The notes beneath the pieces were generated by a model, which was given only the letters and a program-made list of their open reading frames with translations, had not been told where the DNA came from and ran no database searches. This document shows, in pieces, positions 59,928 through 64,000 of a stretch of DNA of 64,000 bases (the stretch's first letter is position 1; the number at the start of each line of letters is the position of its first letter). Origin of the DNA: Eledone cirrhosa (taxonomy: Eukaryota); the NCBI GenBank assembly GCA_964016885.1, contig OZ024752.1, positions 10,788,001 to 10,852,000 on the forward strand, in the 5' to 3' direction. The translations under genes were made by a program, and so were the position numbers.

Positions 59928-61173
59928 TTACATTTATATATATATATAAATATAAATTCAGCGAGAATCGCATTTCGGCGGGTAGAAAAAGCGAAACGAA
60001 CGCGCAAAATCAGAGTTATGCTGGCAAGCGCTCAATAGTTAAAAAACCAGACCTAAACAATATATTAAATCGCCATACAAACTGAAAAGGTGGTCAAGAA
60101 GGCATTAACCACCTAAGCCAAAAACCAAATCAAGCTAAACAGGTCAAACAAAATAAATGATAAAAACAGACCTGGACCCATTGGAATTGATGGTAAAATC
60201 CAAATGCATCGTTCCTATGACACCTAAATCAATAATACTGTCTGCTTAAAACTATAAGATTTTGGTATAATGATCGAACAAGGAATATCACGTTATCAAC
60301 AGGTATTTTGCTCTGCACCAACTTTGTGAATGACGTAAAGCTTTGTAAAAGCACATGTGTAACTCACAAGGAGAAAAACCCCAGATTTTACATTAAAATG
60401 TAAAAAATCCAGCTTTATAACTATACAGACCTGGACATTCCCAGAGAAGAGAGTGTTTCGCCAAAGTGCTGGTACCATACCTACTCAGGGCTCATCAACT
60501 GGTGTAAAGAAATTATAGACAATACGTCTAGAGATATTTCAGACAATTGGCTACAGCACGTGGTGATGGAACGAAAACACTCGTACCAGGCGGTATATAG
60601 TGGCGTGAATGGATCAAGAAGGCGTTAGAAATAGCACCCTATAACCTTTCAACTTAGAAACTCAACTAACGAAGAATACAGATATACATACACAAAATAT
60701 AATAACATTCACTGCTAGTTTATATACTAGTGGTGTAATACCTCGTATGAACCTGAGACTTGAGAGTTGCCGCATTTCGAACTATTGACAAAATATGTGA
60801 ATACCATACGTAGCCGTGGTATATAGAGAATACTTACACCAGAGAGGAAGTCACAGCTAAGGAATATATAAATCACATCAGAATAGATGCAGACATCTTT
60901 GTCGAATAATGTCCAAATTTAGGAGGACGTCGCCCAAGAATGTAAAATGAAATAAACAAATACCGGGGTTGGTCCGTCCGCTTCCTCTTCGTACCGGCCG
61001 CTTTCAAGACCTCAAGTGTACTTGGACCACATACAGCCGAGCTCCTCCGCAAGACCGGAAGGTTGTCGGCCTCGTCTGAAGAAGGAGCCCCGCGAGGTTC
61101 GGCGCCTGTTGCAGCGGGGGTCACTGGCCATTGTCCGCGGGAATGTAACGAATTTGCGAGGTCCACTTAAGCG

Positions 61174-61225
<52 letters not shown>

Positions 61226-63334
61226 TGATAACGGAGATAAGAAAGCAAAAGATTCAGTATGTTGAAGAAATATAGTAGTTTCACGCTTGAAATAGAAGGA
61301 ACATATTCTGAACGTTTCTGATACTAATCTTGTAACAGAAGATAATGTTAGAGTGAGATAGGGGGGACGAGGAAGAATGAGAAATGGGAGGTAAATACAC
61401 GTGCTTATTCAATCAGACATTTTGGAGTTGTAAGTGGATGTGTGCGTGCATGTTTATGAAGGAAAGTGAACGTCGTATCATAGCTCCCCATATGTAAATT
61501 GAAAGGCAAACATATATGATTCTGTGCTATCAGCCAGTGAGGTTACAGCAGATTTTGAGCCTCGTATGGAAAGAGCAGGAAGAAATTATTCTGTGTATTG
61601 ACAAATAACATATAAGGTAAATTTTAATGTATTCCTAGTTTTAATGGACAAACAGACAAATAGCTTTTTGTTTTAATAAATTCAATAATACTATTGAAAA
61701 ATCTTTAAATGCCATTTTAGATAGTAGAATATTTATATTGTAACCGTCAGACTAAACTTCATAATTTATGAATGTTCACATCAGCAATTCAATCAATCTT
61801 GCTTAACCATTATTGGAAGCATTGTGTAAAAATATCTTTCTTTATCGGTATTAATATCTCTGATGATAAAAATGCCGTTTAGAGATGCACGAATTCTGCA
61901 AGATTTTTTTAATGAACAAGGGAACAACTATGGAGCCGTTCGAACGTTTAAAAGGCAAATAAAATGTCCTTAAAATCATAACTATAGTGTAAAGAGAGTA
62001 AGGAGGAATAGCATGCAAGTTCTAGTTGTATTGTATCTGGAAAAAGTGTAGTCACGAGTGAAATACCTTTGATCATAAATTTGCTAGATCATGTATCATA
62101 TGGCGCTGAACAAAGAGAATCTTTTGTTTTTTACTCATTACATTAAAGACAATAATAAAAATAGGTTTCAGATATTCGGAAACCTTAAAAAAGAAGAAGA
62201 AAAAGAAAAAGAAAAAGGAAAAGAAAAAGAAAAAGAAAAAGAAGAAGAAGAAGAAGTTTGTTCAGCTTCAATTGATGTGATCATTCCTTTCACAGAGAAA
62301 CTTCTGATTAGTAGCATGTGATATATTTTGATCGCTTAAATGTTACAACGGATAGAAAGGTGATTGAGTTATCCGGGAATTTCCATCATGCCGGGTGATA
62401 AAACATCTGTGTAAGGTTGTTGTTGGACCATTTATCGATGAAAAACCTTTGAGAGAAAGCGGTCCATGTGTATGTCTGCTAAACACTTTGATTTAATGTA
62501 GGGCTCATAATGACATAGTTGATCAAACCCTGGCCGTATTTAATATCGATATCAGTTGATTAAAGATCGTCAGACAATTATAAGCCCCAGTGTAAATACT
62601 CCTAGGCAAATTATCGTTGGGGTAGATAAAATGCATAGCAGTAAAATATTGAAGTTCAAATAAGTCGACTATACTACGCCACGTGTTTTTAATTAGATAT
62701 CAATATTGTCGATTTTGTCCTGGTTTCTTGTTGTTATAGGTGAAACCATACTGTATATCTCGTGTGTGCTGGACGCCCGGGCTGCATTATCGGATGCAAC
62801 ATTTCCTAAGACCGTGGATTGAATTACGTTTTACGGGGATCCCACCCAAATTCGGGTGGGTGAGAGGTGAAAATGGGTATAGCTTTCATCATGCAAAATC
62901 TCCCCATTCTGCCTCATTTCTCCCGTTTTGCGCAATTTATTCATGGTACTCCCCGTTTGGATTTTTAGAAGTTAGCAGGTCAGTAATTTTATTACTGTCT
63001 ATCATAAACTTACCCAAAATATTTTTTACCACTTCAAAGTTTAACGGAATAGAACTTTGTGACATAGGCAAAGGAATTTCAAATACAGCAAAAATAAAAA
63101 AAGAAATCCGAATAAATACAGTAAATTATAATTTCAGTTGCTGGATGTGTACATGTATTAACAATGATTTAAATAATATTACATACAGATACTATTACCA
63201 TTGAGTTTTTCCTTAAAGACAGGTCAGATTTTATTGAGTGGTCTTACAAGTCAAACGGAGTTCTAGCTTTAAACACCTCTTATATTCATTCTGATATATT
63301 GCATCTATTGCAATATTAATGAACATGTACGTTT

Positions 63335-63553
63335 AGGGGGGGTGGATTGACAGTATCGGTACAGGGTCGGACGCCATGCTTTGAAGCATAGAGTTACGGC
63401 TCTTTATAATCTGAGCTCAAATCCCGCCGAGGTTAACTTTGCCTTTGATCCTTATGGTGTCGATAAAATAAAGTACCAGTCACGTACTGGAGTCGATTTA
63501 ATCGACTTTCCCCTCCCCCCAAATTACTGGCCTTGTGCCTATATAAGAAACCA
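63335..63553 (+). mobile_element. SINE S1, full length, 16-bp TSD
   Basis: ATTAATGAACATGTAC at 63315 and 63553. Confidence 0.92.
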
Positions 63554-64000
63554 TTAATGAACATGTACATTGTAGGATATAATATAAGAGAGGATTTGCT
63601 TATATATCAAGCATATAATCATTAGAGCCTCTATTGTAGACTATATAAACATTGTGTTTTAGAATCTTGTTTGTCTTAAATAAATCTAGATTCAGTGTTT
63701 AACTTCAGGTAAATGTTTGTTGTTTATTTTTGTTTTTCAAAGTGCGGTTATTCAATTCAATGTAAAATATTTGAGCTGATTCTCGCATCAATAGAAATGT
63801 TAAACCGTGTACATAATATAGATTTGTACATAATATAGAATACATTTTTGCCTAGATTTTGCACAAGAAAATATCTGAGGCATATTGAAATTGCAATTAT
63901 TCTTTTAAGAAGATAATACTATTATTCATTTCGGAACTATATATAGTTCACAAAGGAATAATCCAAAACAAATCTGCTAATTCCTTGTCAGTTATGGAGA

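Overview
AT-rich eukaryotic (metazoan) non-coding DNA, with a 200-bp N gap at 33323-33522. The SINE sequences look cephalopod/octopod-like, which is an inference from sequence resemblance only. No host gene is recognisable. Roughly half the window is (TA)n microsatellite or derivatives of it, and these produce all the long 'IYIY' ORFs, which are artefacts. The rest is mostly transposon debris. There are three families of Penelope-like retroelements (PLE; RT and/or C-terminal GIY-YIG), two R4/Dong-type and one CRE-type restriction-like-endonuclease LINE fragments, RTE/RTE-X fragments, two tRNA-derived SINE families and two non-autonomous Helitrons. The most striking hidden layer is about 20 type-I hammerhead ribozyme (HHR) motifs, intact or degenerate, from at least 12 unrelated short families. 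They sit in PLE pseudo-LTRs, in a 310-bp retrozyme-like tandem array and in short (TA)n-targeted insertions. Many of those insertions are asymmetric fold-back palindromes whose turning point lies in or just 5' of the ribozyme. The ribozymes often carry a non-canonical U-U at the base of stem II and family-specific palindromic stem III sequences. All structures were read by eye and none was computed or tested.
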